Assembly: GCA_944350015.1 (NCBI GenBank)
Contig: CALVNW010000001.1
Location: 115,183-179,182, forward strand
Reading direction: 5' to 3'
From: an uncultured Clostridia bacterium
GTDB taxonomy: Bacteria; Bacillota; Clostridia; Christensenellales; UBA1242
Length of the DNA stretch: 64,000 nt
The notes below the pieces were generated by a model, which did not search any database, had not been told where the DNA came from, and was given only the letters and a program-made list of their open reading frames with translations. The translations under genes were made by a program, and so were the position numbers. Shown here piece after piece: positions 20,401-28,826 of this stretch. Within the stretch, counting starts at the first letter, position 1. Every line of letters starts with the position of its first letter.

Positions 20401-22070
20401 CTCTACTAGTAGGCGATAATAATGGAGAGGTTGAAGGGTGCAAGGCAAGTGGCAGCATTACAATATCTTGTGGTGACGAGTCTTTCATTGGCGGTCTTGT
20501 GGCATACAATTATAATAGTGTAAGTTATTGTTTTGCAGATGTAGATATCATAGTTAACAGCGATGGTGAAAGGGTAGTTGTTGGAGGACTGCTTGGTAGA
20601 AATGATGCCAATGTCTATAATTGTTATGTGACAAGTTATATAGAATTTTTAGATATACAAGATGACTACATTATGGTTGGCGGTTTTGCAGGAACGATGC
20701 AGGATGGAAGTATTAGTTACAGCTATGCCATTTCAGAGTTAAACCTTGCTTCAACTGATGAAAGAATTGGATTAATATATTTAGGTGGCTTTATAGGTGC
20801 TGGCAGCGATGGGCGTACCACTTATTTAAACAACTGTTTTGTAAAAGTGGAAATGAATATAAATATTAAAAACTTTACAAAAGAATGGTATGACTCTTGT
20901 CCAGTATCCAACTTTAATGGATTATACTACACAGTCTTCAATCAAACTAGACAGGAAAAAGATTTTGTAAGTGACAGCTCAACCTTTAATGTTATAGTAA
21001 ATGGTCAGCCTTTTACAGTAGAACAAGCTGCGACAGTAACAGAGGACGCAAACCTTAAAGACCAAGCTTGGGTTGAAGAAAATCTTTTTGACAATGTAGG
21101 GGGCTGGAAATATGAGGACGGCTATCCTGTTTTTGACAAATCTTCGCAGACTTTTGAAGTCAATTCGCTAGATGACTTTTTATCACTTAACAACAAGACA
21201 ATTTTTGCAGACGTAAAACTCAATTGTAATATAGATTTATCAGGACAGAAAATTATAATTCTTAATAACTACGCAAACTTTGACGGTAATGGTTTTACTA
21301 TATCAAACCTCACAATTACAAGCGGACGAAGAGACATATTCAGCTTGTTTAATGAAAATTATGGCACTATTAAAAACTTGAGGCTATCAAATGTAAATGT
21401 TAATGTAGAGGCAGAAGATGATGTCTATGCAGGCTCACTTGTTGGCAACAACTTTGGCGCTATATCTAACGTTGCGATTTATGGCAATGTAAATGCCTAT
21501 TGTTTAGATGCAGGCTATACTGGCGGAGTTTGCGCGTACAACTATGGAACAATCAAAAACTGCTATGCCGATGTAAGCGTGACAATAACAGCCAGTTATA
21601 TGGCATATGGCGGTGGAATAGCAGGTTATAATGGAGGCACTATTACAAACACAATCATCTTAGGTGAAATTAGTACAACCAACTTGCGTGACGACAATGT
21701 AAATTGTTATTCAAGCGGTATTGCAAGCGGGCACACTGGTAGTACAATCAAAAATTGTATAAGTTTTGCAAATATTTCAGTTACCTCAGAGTGTAATTAT
21801 CTAGGCATATCGGTAATCGGCGTTGGTGATTTTACAAAGGAAAATTGTTCGGGATACCTTCAACAGAAATTGACCGTCAATGGAGAGGAAAGTTTTAATA
21901 CAAGCGGTAAGACAAGGAACGAACTTATAAGCAAAGCTTATCTATCAGGCTTAGGCTTTATCGAGTTTGTCTCAGAAGAGAATTTATCAAATAATCCTGA
22001 TGCCGTTTGGGTTATAGACGAAGTAAACGCTCCATTATTATGGTTTGACGTACAAGGAGAGAGGGAATGA
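17457..22070 (+). CDS. XRE-HTH / TM / S1 trypsin-like protease / Listeria-Bacteroides repeats / GLUG-repeat fusion protein (1537 aa)
   Basis: XRE HTH at aa 1-65 and a TM helix near aa 116-135. Protease triad contexts are NYHVIEG, DIAILQI and HGNSGGVLIN. There are at least 6 repeats of the Y.I.FDGNGG...GY.F.GW type, followed by many GGLVG.N.G.I.NCY (GLUG-like) repeats. Confidence 0.75.
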   Translation: MKNYGQVISKLRKQKGLTQEQLGKKLNVSFQAVSKWENNQSEPNLETIEKLADVFGITIAQFFEMANIDEGDSATKNLESTDSKNNDINIENNNGGAQGSTKGNAFVQNLKKYKEWYLMIGLAIVILALVLGAFVRPTKYSSSKIYQMVDPAVFCITAQGPDVQRAGSGFFINDSGLAVTNYHVIEGCTSGRVQLNDGKTYDIELVVGCDRNRDIAILQIDIGKSNSVKLGNSDKIEVGDIVYAIGYPESFQLGSASSTFTQGIISKVSFTYEGNSYIQTTVDMTHGNSGGVLINERGQIIGITTGMLTDGNVDYMNLAIPINKLDGVKRDINVSMSDYYDQVKERTFYYYSDGDIYNTVSYVAGDLISPIEPSKVGYQFDGWYTDETFQTRFDFSQPVTENNTCYAHWVANAYTISFDGNGGRGSMDSIKARYDQAVALPNNAFTFEHYNFIGWSIDGSEVLYTQNQAVKNLTSENNGEVILKAVWDVESITIHFDINGGDGGEMADFKLGFFDTKALPLNSFTKEGYAFAGWLYNGVVYQDGQEVSALADEEVTITFIAQWQPVKYKVVFSFLEETYSQEMTYDESATLLANQFEHIGHHFSYWYDEEGNHYYDCQEVINLISEPTEIVLYAQFDRNTYYIRYNPQIDGVEPIMEAHLYRDTFELMHCPYGKRGYSFEGWQDSEGKLLEDLYYTNLAIEQDAVVDLYAVWEEYEYTLCYLGFNNEILAEENHKYFDYVTIKGDFGLAKEGYIFDGWRFYDTSAEEYVYLPENAVLNEIPRPYFVGILKVSSVWKPIEYTISFNGNGADSGTMSDITCKYDSEITLPANTFIRSGYIFAHWEYDDKSFVDEGTVLNLTSTNGEVITLTAVWAKPLSGEGTEENPYTISTKDEFISFTLLSRYVGYEEGQYFSLETNIDLENARIWSVFSFNGIFEGNDYSISNFTLKGDGTTVALFNVNDGIIRNLTLNNVTIDDNAFKAALLVGDNNGEVEGCKASGSITISCGDESFIGGLVAYNYNSVSYCFADVDIIVNSDGERVVVGGLLGRNDANVYNCYVTSYIEFLDIQDDYIMVGGFAGTMQDGSISYSYAISELNLASTDERIGLIYLGGFIGAGSDGRTTYLNNCFVKVEMNINIKNFTKEWYDSCPVSNFNGLYYTVFNQTRQEKDFVSDSSTFNVIVNGQPFTVEQAATVTEDANLKDQAWVEENLFDNVGGWKYEDGYPVFDKSSQTFEVNSLDDFLSLNNKTIFADVKLNCNIDLSGQKIIILNNYANFDGNGFTISNLTITSGRRDIFSLFNENYGTIKNLRLSNVNVNVEAEDDVYAGSLVGNNFGAISNVAIYGNVNAYCLDAGYTGGVCAYNYGTIKNCYADVSVTITASYMAYGGGIAGYNGGTITNTIILGEISTTNLRDDNVNCYSSGIASGHTGSTIKNCISFANISVTSECNYLGISVIGVGDFTKENCSGYLQQKLTVNGEESFNTSGKTRNELISKAYLSGLGFIEFVSEENLSNNPDAVWVIDEVNAPLLWFDVQGERE

Positions 22071-22537
22071 AAGTAGTTATAAATAATGAAAACACAAACA
22101 ACAAAACACTTATCTACCAAGAGGGCTTCTGGACGGGTAAGCGCACTATTTCTTATGACGGAACGCCACTTACCAAGGTTAAACGCAACATTTTTGAGTA
22201 TAAAACAGAAAAGACAACCGAAAACTTTGAGATAAAGGGGAATCAACTTGTTGGCGTTACGATAAATATGCTTGGCAAAGATGTCGGGGTGTCGCGCAAG
22301 CTCACTTGGTATGAAATTGTCTTGTCAATTTTGGTATTTATCCCTTGCATCCTCTTTGGCGCGGTAGGTGGTGCCGTTGGCGGAGCTTTAGGTTTTACAA
22401 ATATTATGGTCATAAGAAGTCTAGATAAAACTTGGGTTAAAATCGTTGTTTCGGTTGAATTCATAGCAATAAGCCTACTTTTAAGCTATGTCCTAGCAGT
22501 GCTTGTTTTCAAAGCGCTAACACTTGTTGGCTTGTAA
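22067..22537 (+). CDS. small membrane protein translationally coupled to the XRE-protease gene
   Basis: ATGA start/stop overlap. Soluble N-terminal ~75 aa followed by 2-3 TM helices. Confidence 0.6.
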   Translation: MKVVINNENTNNKTLIYQEGFWTGKRTISYDGTPLTKVKRNIFEYKTEKTTENFEIKGNQLVGVTINMLGKDVGVSRKLTWYEIVLSILVFIPCILFGAVGGAVGGALGFTNIMVIRSLDKTWVKIVVSVEFIAISLLLSYVLAVLVFKALTLVGL

Positions 22538-22549
22538 ATTAAGTAAATT

Positions 22550-22583
22550 AAAATCAGTACGCTTTTCTCGTACTGATTTTTTA
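22550..22583 (+). terminator. intrinsic terminator
   Basis: ATCAGTACG-cttttct-CGTACTGAT followed by TTTTTT. Confidence 0.7.
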
Positions 22584-22652
22584 TAGCAATTATTTTTAAT
22601 AAAACACCTCATTTTCTTTTGAAGAAAGAGGCAATTGTTGTAAAATAGAATT

Positions 22653-23489
22653 ATGGAAATATTAGATGGTAAAAGTTTTTCAAATGAGATAAAGGCCGAA
22701 GTAAAGGCAAAAGTTGAAAGGTATTTTAAAGAGGGTAGCCCTCTTCTTGCTTGCATCATAGTTGAAGGTGATAAGGCAAGCGAGACCTATGTTGCCTCAA
22801 AGCAAAAGGCGTGCGAGGTGTGCGGACTTAAATCTATGGTGTGTAGACTTCCTCACGATACTTCGCAAGAAGAGCTAGAAGAGGTTATCAAAAACTTAAA
22901 TAGTGACGAAAAGGTTGATGCAATCTTGCTTCAATTGCCACTGCCAAAACATCTTGACTCTAATAGCGCAATTAATAAAATAAGCCCAGATAAAGATGTC
23001 GACTGCCTCACAAATGAGAACCTTGGCGCAATGTTTGCAGGGTCTTCATTTGCGCCTTGCACTGCAAGCGGAATAATAAAATTGCTTGAAAGATATAACA
23101 TAAACCTTGAAGGCAAAAACGCAGTGGTGATTGGTCGAAGCTTGCTTGTTGGCAAAAGTGTAGCCACACTTTTAGAGCATAAAAACGCCACGGTTACATT
23201 ATGCCATAGCAAAACAAAAAATCTAAAGGAGATTACAAATAGTGCCGACATCTTGATTGTTGCAATAGGAAAGCCACTCTTTATCACAGCCGACTATGTA
23301 AAGGAAGGTGCAATCGTTATAGATGTTGGTATCAATAGGATTGATGGTAAAATAAAAGGTGATGTAGACTACGAAAATGTGAAAAATAAATGCGCGTATA
23401 TCACTCCAGTGCCAGGTGGAGTAGGACCTTTGACAGTCGCCTGTCTTATGGAAAACACCTTGCACCTTGCCTTAAAAACCAAAAAATAA
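22653..23489 (+). CDS. folD: bifunctional methylene-THF dehydrogenase / methenyl-THF cyclohydrolase
   Basis: Full-length FolD-like sequence (LQLPLP, VIGRS.LVGK, PVPGGVGP). No SD. TAAAAT (22641-22646) ends 7 nt before the ATG. Confidence 0.9.
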   Translation: MEILDGKSFSNEIKAEVKAKVERYFKEGSPLLACIIVEGDKASETYVASKQKACEVCGLKSMVCRLPHDTSQEELEEVIKNLNSDEKVDAILLQLPLPKHLDSNSAINKISPDKDVDCLTNENLGAMFAGSSFAPCTASGIIKLLERYNINLEGKNAVVIGRSLLVGKSVATLLEHKNATVTLCHSKTKNLKEITNSADILIVAIGKPLFITADYVKEGAIVIDVGINRIDGKIKGDVDYENVKNKCAYITPVPGGVGPLTVACLMENTLHLALKTKK

Positions 23490-23705
23490 AATTATCAAAA
23501 TAAAATTGAAAAATAATAAAAAATATTAAAATTAAACTAAAAAACAAGTTAAAAAAAATCAAAAAATAAAATTATTATTTTATTTTAAATAAAAACAATA
23601 AAAAATTTTACAAGCACTATAAAAAATGTAAAAATCAAATTACTATAACCCTTATAAATAAAAGCTAAAAAATATTTTTATAAATATAGTTTTAGGAGAT
23701 AAAAA

Positions 23706-24203
23706 ATGAATTTAATTGTCGCAGTCGCAAAAGACTATGCAATAGGAAAAGATAATAAATTATTATTTTCTTTGCCATCCGATATGAAATATTTTAAAGA
23801 AAAAACCTTAAATAAAGTGGTGGTTATGGGAGAAAAAACCTATCTATCTTTGCCAAAAAGACCGCTTATAAATCGAATAAATATTGTGCTTAGTGATAAT
23901 AAGAATTTTGCTCCAGAGGGTGCGATTGTTGTCAATAATTTAGATGAGCTTTTTAGCCAGCTTAAAAAATATAATGACGACGATATATTTGTCTGTGGCG
24001 GTGCAAGCGTATACAATCTTTTAATGGAGTATTGCCACCTTGCTTATGTTACCATAGTTGACAAAATAGTTCCAGCCGACACATATATAATTGACCCTAT
24101 CAAAAAGGGTTTTGTCCTTAGAGAGACATCACAGACTTTTGAAGAAAATGGGCTAAAATTCACATTTAATATTTTTGAAAACAAAAAGTCTAAAGAGTAT
24201 TAA
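23706..24203 (+). CDS. folA: dihydrofolate reductase
   Basis: The N-terminus LIVAVAKDYAIGKDNKLLFSLPSDMKYFKEKT and a 165-aa length are typical of DHFR. Confidence 0.85.
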   Translation: MNLIVAVAKDYAIGKDNKLLFSLPSDMKYFKEKTLNKVVVMGEKTYLSLPKRPLINRINIVLSDNKNFAPEGAIVVNNLDELFSQLKKYNDDDIFVCGGASVYNLLMEYCHLAYVTIVDKIVPADTYIIDPIKKGFVLRETSQTFEENGLKFTFNIFENKKSKEY

Positions 24204-24236
24204 ACAAAATTAAAATCAATGTATAAGGAGGGAAAA

Positions 24237-25466
24237 ATGAATTATAAGCAACTAAAAGAAACTGACAAGGAAGTTTACAATTCCATCAGGCGTGAGGAGA
24301 AAAGACAGCGAGAGCATATTGAGCTTATCGCCAGTGAAAATTTTACAAGCCTAGCCGTTCGCGAGGCGATGTCCAGCGTGCTAACCAATAAGTATGCCGA
24401 GGGCTATCCTGGCAAGCGATATTATTGTGGGTGCGAGTATGTTGACGAGATTGAAAGTCTTGCCATAGAGCGCGCCAAAAAATTATTCGGTGCCGAGCAC
24501 GCCAATGTTCAACCTCACTCGGGCGCCAACGCCAATCTTGCCGCCTACCTTGCACTTTGCAAGAGTGGTGACACAATCTTAGGAATGTCTCTTCCAGCGG
24601 GCGGGCACCTAACTCACGGCACAAAGGTGAATATCTCGGGCAAAATTTTTAATTCAATTTCTTATGGGCTTAACTCTGAAAGTGAACTTATTGACTATGA
24701 CGAGGTTGAGCGTCTTGCGAAAGAATATAAGCCAAAGGTCATCGTTGCAGGGGCGAGTGCCTACCCAAGAATTATTGATTTTAAAAGGTTTAGGGAGATT
24801 GCTGAAAGCGTTGGCGCCTACCTTATGGTTGATATGGCGCACATTGCAGGGCTAGTTGCCACCGGCTTGCATCCAAATCCTTGTGAGTTTGCCGATGTTG
24901 TAACGACAACCACTCATAAGACCTTGCGCGGACCAAGAGGTGGTATGATATTATGCAGAGCCGAGTTTGCAAAGAAAATCGATAGTGCGGTCTTTCCAGG
25001 CACGCAAGGCGGTCCACTTGAGCATATCATTGCGGGTAAAGCGGTTATGCTAAAAGAGGCGCTTGAGCCTGAGTTTAAAGATTATCAAATTCAAGTGTTG
25101 AAAAATTGCAAAGTTCTTGCATCCGAGCTTGAAAAATATGGCTTTAGGCTGGTTTCTGGTGGCAGTGATAACCATTTGATACTTGTTGATTTGACTCCAT
25201 TTAATGCTACAGGCAAGGAAATATCGGAGTTACTTAACAGCGCAAATATCACAACAAATAAAAATTCGATACCTAATGAGAAACTTAGCCCGACAGTCAC
25301 AAGCGGTATAAGGCTTGGCACTCCAGCAGTTACCACTCTTGGTATGAAAGAGGGCGAGATGAAGGAAATAGCAAATATGATTTACCGCATTGTAACAGAG
25401 AAGGAGAGCGCAGTGCCTTCAGTTAAAAAAGAGGCTATTGCACTTATGAAAAGGTTTATAAAATAA
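24237..25466 (+). CDS. glyA: serine hydroxymethyltransferase
   Basis: ELIASENF...[12 protein letters not shown] and [14 protein letters not shown] motifs. The start is set at the ATG after AAGGAGGG. Confidence 0.92.
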   Translation: MNYKQLKETDKEVYNSIRREEKRQREHIELIASENFTSLAVREAMSSVLTNKYAEGYPGKRYYCGCEYVDEIESLAIERAKKLFGAEHANVQPHSGANANLAAYLALCKSGDTILGMSLPAGGHLTHGTKVNISGKIFNSISYGLNSESELIDYDEVERLAKEYKPKVIVAGASAYPRIIDFKRFREIAESVGAYLMVDMAHIAGLVATGLHPNPCEFADVVTTTTHKTLRGPRGGMILCRAEFAKKIDSAVFPGTQGGPLEHIIAGKAVMLKEALEPEFKDYQIQVLKNCKVLASELEKYGFRLVSGGSDNHLILVDLTPFNATGKEISELLNSANITTNKNSIPNEKLSPTVTSGIRLGTPAVTTLGMKEGEMKEIANMIYRIVTEKESAVPSVKKEAIALMKRFIK

Positions 25467-25530
25467 TTGATAAAAAATATTTTAAATAAACAATAATTTT
25501 ATGTTAAAAATTAAAAAATAGGGGGAGAAA

Positions 25531-26748
25531 ATGAGTAGAGCTGATTGGACATACTTAAAAACGGTAAATAAAATTTTAAAAGAGGGCGTTTGGGATACAA
25601 AAGAGGTTGTCAGACCGAAGTGGGCAGATGGGACGCCCGCACATACTGCCAAGGTGTTTGCAATCAACAATGTGTATGACCTTGAAAAGGAGTTCCCGAT
25701 AGTGACCCTGCGTTTCACTAATTGGAAGGCGTCAATAGATGAGATTTTGTGGATTTGGCAGTTAAAAAGCAACAATGTAAATGACCTCAACAGTCACATT
25801 TGGGACCAGTGGGCAGACGAGAAGGGTAGCATTGGTAAGGCATATGGCTGGCAGATTGGGCAGAAGTCCATCTATAAAGAGGGTGAGTTTGACCAAATTG
25901 ATAGAGTTATATGGTATCTTAAAAATCAACCAGCTTTTAGAAGCATTTTAACCGAAATCTTTGTACATAAGGACTTGCACGAAATGGGACTTTATCCTTG
26001 CGTGCACGGCGCTCAATTTGATGTTACAGATGGCAAACTTAATCTATTTTTAAACCAGCGCTCTAATGACACGCTCGCTGCTGGTAGCTGGAATGTAGTG
26101 CAGTACTCCGCGCTCGTCTATATGCTTGCACAAGTTTGCAATTTAAAGCCAGGCAAGCTCTCACATATGATTGTCAATAGTCATATTTATGATAGACATA
26201 TGCCTTATATTGTCGATATAACCTTGTCGCGTGCAAGACTTGTAGAGGAGCGACTGCGGACAACAAACCTTAAAGATGCCAAGAATAAATTATCGCCAGA
26301 GAAATATGAGGCGTTAAAGACTTTCAAAAAACAACTAAGCGGGTACATCGATTACGATAGCCTTATAAAAGAGGCGCAAGAGCTTGAGGTTAAAGTAGGG
26401 CAGTACGATCTATCAAATAAAGATGAAAATCATCTGTATTTTTGTAAGGACCCAATAGATTTTGAAAAATACGTCAAAGATGTCACCTCTCAAGAGGCGT
26501 TTGAAAGGGCGCAGTACATTGTTGATACTATGGCAAGCTATCCAGAGTTTGAAGAGATTTTGTCTTTCAAATCTCCAAAACTTATCTTAGATAAAAATGT
26601 GACTGATTTTTATAAATTTATATCCCCAAAAACCAAAGATAAGGATGGTAAAATTATCGATAATCCAAACAGCAGCTTTTCTGTTCAAGATTACGACTAC
26701 CTTGAAGAAGGCGTTAAACTTCAATCAAAAGTGCCTGTCGCCGAGTAA
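25531..26748 (+). CDS. thyA: thymidylate synthase (ThyA, B. subtilis ThyA-like) with ~110-aa internal insertion
   Basis: WADGTPAHT, EILWIWQLKSNNVNDL, catalytic YPCVHG and RSND motifs. It is 405 aa versus ~280 aa expected; the extra segment is roughly aa 232-345. Confidence 0.85.
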   Translation: MSRADWTYLKTVNKILKEGVWDTKEVVRPKWADGTPAHTAKVFAINNVYDLEKEFPIVTLRFTNWKASIDEILWIWQLKSNNVNDLNSHIWDQWADEKGSIGKAYGWQIGQKSIYKEGEFDQIDRVIWYLKNQPAFRSILTEIFVHKDLHEMGLYPCVHGAQFDVTDGKLNLFLNQRSNDTLAAGSWNVVQYSALVYMLAQVCNLKPGKLSHMIVNSHIYDRHMPYIVDITLSRARLVEERLRTTNLKDAKNKLSPEKYEALKTFKKQLSGYIDYDSLIKEAQELEVKVGQYDLSNKDENHLYFCKDPIDFEKYVKDVTSQEAFERAQYIVDTMASYPEFEEILSFKSPKLILDKNVTDFYKFISPKTKDKDGKIIDNPNSSFSVQDYDYLEEGVKLQSKVPVAE

Positions 26749-26806
26749 AAATAGGTGCAATAGATATCAAGCTATCAAACAAGCACGCAATTAATGGGAG
26801 AGAAAA

Positions 26807-27601
26807 ATGAATTACACTAACAAATATAAAGATATAATTGAAGAAAAATATAATAATTATCAAGAAGATGAGAGATTTAATAGAAAATCGCAGTCTTTTG
26901 AGTTTAAAACTACAATGCACTATATACAAAAATATCTTAAAAAGGGCAGTAAGATTCTAGAAATTGGTGCAGGAACGGGAAGATACTCAATCGCGCTTGC
27001 AAAAATGGGCTATGATGTGACTGCAGTCGAACTTGTAGAAAATAATTTAAAAGTATTAAGAGAAAACGCAAAAGGGCTTGAAAACCTTAAAAGTTATCAA
27101 GGAGATGCGCTAAATTTGCAGTTTGAAAATAATTCTTTTGACCTAGTACTTTGTTTTGGTCCAATGTATCATTTATTCAACAAAAAGGATAAAGACAGGG
27201 CAATCTCTGAAACAATCAGGGTGTGCAAGCCAATAGGTATATGTATGTTTGCCTATCTTACACATTCTTCTATCGTTTGGACTTATGGCGTGAGAAAAGG
27301 TAAATTACAAAATTTGGCTTATGCACTAAATAAAGATGGGAGTATTAAAGACATACCAGAAGAAATATTTTGTTCATACTTTATTGAAGATTTTGCAAAA
27401 CAATTTGAAAAGACGGATACTACATTTTTGAAAAATGTGGCAACCGACGGTCTTGCACCTATGATGAGAGATTATATTGATGATGGTAAAATGTCAGACG
27501 AGGATATTAAGCTGCTTTACAAACTACATCTTGCCACTTGCGAGCGTCTTGATCATCAAGGATATAGCAGTCATATGCTATACATTTGCAAAAAGAATTA
27601 G
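26807..27601 (+). CDS. class I SAM-dependent methyltransferase
   Basis: Motif I ILEIGAGTGRYS followed by DVTAVE. Confidence 0.75.
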   Translation: MNYTNKYKDIIEEKYNNYQEDERFNRKSQSFEFKTTMHYIQKYLKKGSKILEIGAGTGRYSIALAKMGYDVTAVELVENNLKVLRENAKGLENLKSYQGDALNLQFENNSFDLVLCFGPMYHLFNKKDKDRAISETIRVCKPIGICMFAYLTHSSIVWTYGVRKGKLQNLAYALNKDGSIKDIPEEIFCSYFIEDFAKQFEKTDTTFLKNVATDGLAPMMRDYIDDGKMSDEDIKLLYKLHLATCERLDHQGYSSHMLYICKKN

Positions 27602-27618
27602 AATAAAATTTAATTAAA

Positions 27619-28188
27619 GTGATAGGACAAAAAATGATTATTGGTTTTCAAGGAATAAAAAACAGCTACAATGATTATGCTACCGACGAATTTATTAAAA
27701 GGTTGAAAATTAATATAAAAAAACTTCCACTTACAACGTCGGAATGCGTTGCAAGATCTTTGTTGAATAAAGAAATAGATTTTGGAGTTATCGCTTTAAA
27801 AAATAATATTGCAGGAATAGTGGAGGAAAGTAGTAAAATCTTAAGGTCTAACTTATTCAGAATAGTGGATACGATAGAAATGGAAATTAGCCATTGCCTT
27901 TTTGCATTTAACGAAAGTTCTGCTATAAATCCAAAAATTATTATTTCTCACCCGCAAGCACTAAAACAATGTGAGAAATATTTGAAATCAAATTACCCAA
28001 ACTGTGAATTACAGAAGTATATAGATACAGCAAAAACAGCAGAAGATTTAAAAAGTGGATTTTTAAATAATAGAACCCTTATTATTTGCAGTGAAAAGGC
28101 AGGAAAAGAAAATGGATTATATCTAGTTTCAAAAAACATTGCAGACAATATTAGTAGAACAACCTTTGGATTAATAAAACTCATATGA
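27619..28188 (+). CDS. pheA: prephenate dehydratase (PDT) domain protein lacking an ACT domain
   Basis: GFQGIKNSY, ISHPQALKQCEKYL and NISRTTFGLI match PDT motifs. At 189 aa it has no regulatory domain. An alternative start is the ATG at 27634. Confidence 0.65.
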   Translation: MIGQKMIIGFQGIKNSYNDYATDEFIKRLKINIKKLPLTTSECVARSLLNKEIDFGVIALKNNIAGIVEESSKILRSNLFRIVDTIEMEISHCLFAFNESSAINPKIIISHPQALKQCEKYLKSNYPNCELQKYIDTAKTAEDLKSGFLNNRTLIICSEKAGKENGLYLVSKNIADNISRTTFGLIKLI

Positions 28189-28277
28189 ATTTTTCTAAAA
28201 ATCTTACGATTTTCAGGGGACCCAAACAGAAGGTCTAGGGGAAGAGGTTGTTAATAAAAAAAACAGCCAATGGATTT

Positions 28278-28416
28278 GGCTTGTTAGAGCGGATACGAAA
28301 TAGAAACTCAATATTTACTTTGGCGGACAATCGCCAAGCGTAAGGCTTGTTAGAGCGGAGACGAGGTATAAATTGAAAAATCATTTTGACGGACAATCGC
28401 CAAGCGTAAGGCTTGT
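28278..28416. repeat. ~66-bp tandem repeat (about 2 copies plus a degenerate one) abutting the tRNA fragment
   Basis: CGGACAATCGCCAAGCGTAAGGCTTGT occurs at 28324-28350 and 28390-28416. GGCTTGTTAGAGCGGA occurs at 28278-28293 and 28344-28359. Each unit contains a TTGGCG/CGCCAA hairpin. Confidence 0.8.
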
Positions 28417-28460
28417 GGTGCACCCAGAGGAGATCGAATCCCCAACCTTTCGTTCCGTAG
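28416..28460 (-). pseudogene. 3' half of a canonical tRNA-Arg(ACG): anticodon loop through CCA, no 5' half
   Basis: The minus strand reads CTACGGA-ACGAA-AGGTT-GGGGA-TTCGATC-TCCTC-TGGGTGC-A-CCA. Sequence 5' of the loop (GCTTG) cannot pair with ACGAA, and no GCACCCA lies nearby. Confidence 0.8.
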
Positions 28461-28777
28461 CAAGCACCTAAAAATGTTATAATTTGCAATTTTTGCACCA
28501 TTTTTCATCATATTTTATCAAATACTGAAAAGCCTAAACCCCATATAAAATATGACAAATCAGCTTTTATCTTTAACATACAACATTAAACAAAAGTAAA
28601 ACATAAAAACACATCATAAAACGGCACATTTTTCATAAACTTTGCAAAAATCAAGCACAAATTCGTAGACACGAGCATGAGAGCTTCTCTTAAAAAAATT
28701 TAATTCTGATTGCTACTTTTTTGTTAAGCATTTTTGTTACATTTAATTTTTCTGTGAAAGCATGTGGATTTTTAGTA

Positions 28778-28806
28778 TTGACACAAAGCTTATATGTTGT
28801 TATAAT
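28778..28806 (+). promoter_or_regulatory. consensus sigma-A-type promoter of the island operon
   Basis: TTGACA (28778-28783), a 17-nt spacer, then TATAAT (28801-28806). GGAGG at 28815-28819 and ATG at 28827. Confidence 0.7.
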
Positions 28807-28826
28807 AACCATATGGAGGATTAAAA

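Noticed and set aside
22067-22070. Possible alternative genetic code (TGA as a sense codon), given the low-GC Mollicutes-like composition
   Set aside because: TGA terminates well-supported genes, such as the ATGA stop/start overlap here. Conserved proteins (GlyA, UvrC, HisS) translate full-length under the standard bacterial code.
22584-22652. THF riboswitch upstream of folD
   Set aside because: The region is only ~70 nt, is occupied by a promoter placed for a leaderless transcript, and forms only a weak imperfect hairpin.
23490-23705. Long A/T-only intergenic tracts (here and at 55300-55466) with AAAATAAAATT / AATTAAAATTAAA-like periodicity
   Set aside because: These are low-complexity AT-rich spacers between genes. 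They have no consistent repeat unit, inverted termini or coding potential, and are probably just promoter or curvature regions.
28278-28416. Possible mini-CRISPR (27-bp repeat twice with a 39-bp spacing)
   Set aside because: The inter-repeat segments are themselves homologous (GGCTTGTTAGAGCGGA.ACGA in each). It is therefore a tandem duplication, not repeats with unique spacers. No cas genes are in the window.
28235-28501. 88-aa minus-strand ORF with internal peptide repeats (KPYAWRLS... twice)
   Set aside because: It reads straight through the 66-bp tandem DNA repeat and the tRNA 3'-half fragment. The peptide repeats simply mirror the DNA repeat, and there is no RBS.
28501-28826. Search for a small precursor-peptide ORF (RiPP substrate) upstream of the SPASM radical SAM gene
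   Set aside because: Only RBS-less 8-15-codon ORFs were found, with no Cys-, Gly- or Ser-rich core-like peptide. The RiPP interpretation is therefore unsupported, although very small ORFs cannot be excluded by eye.
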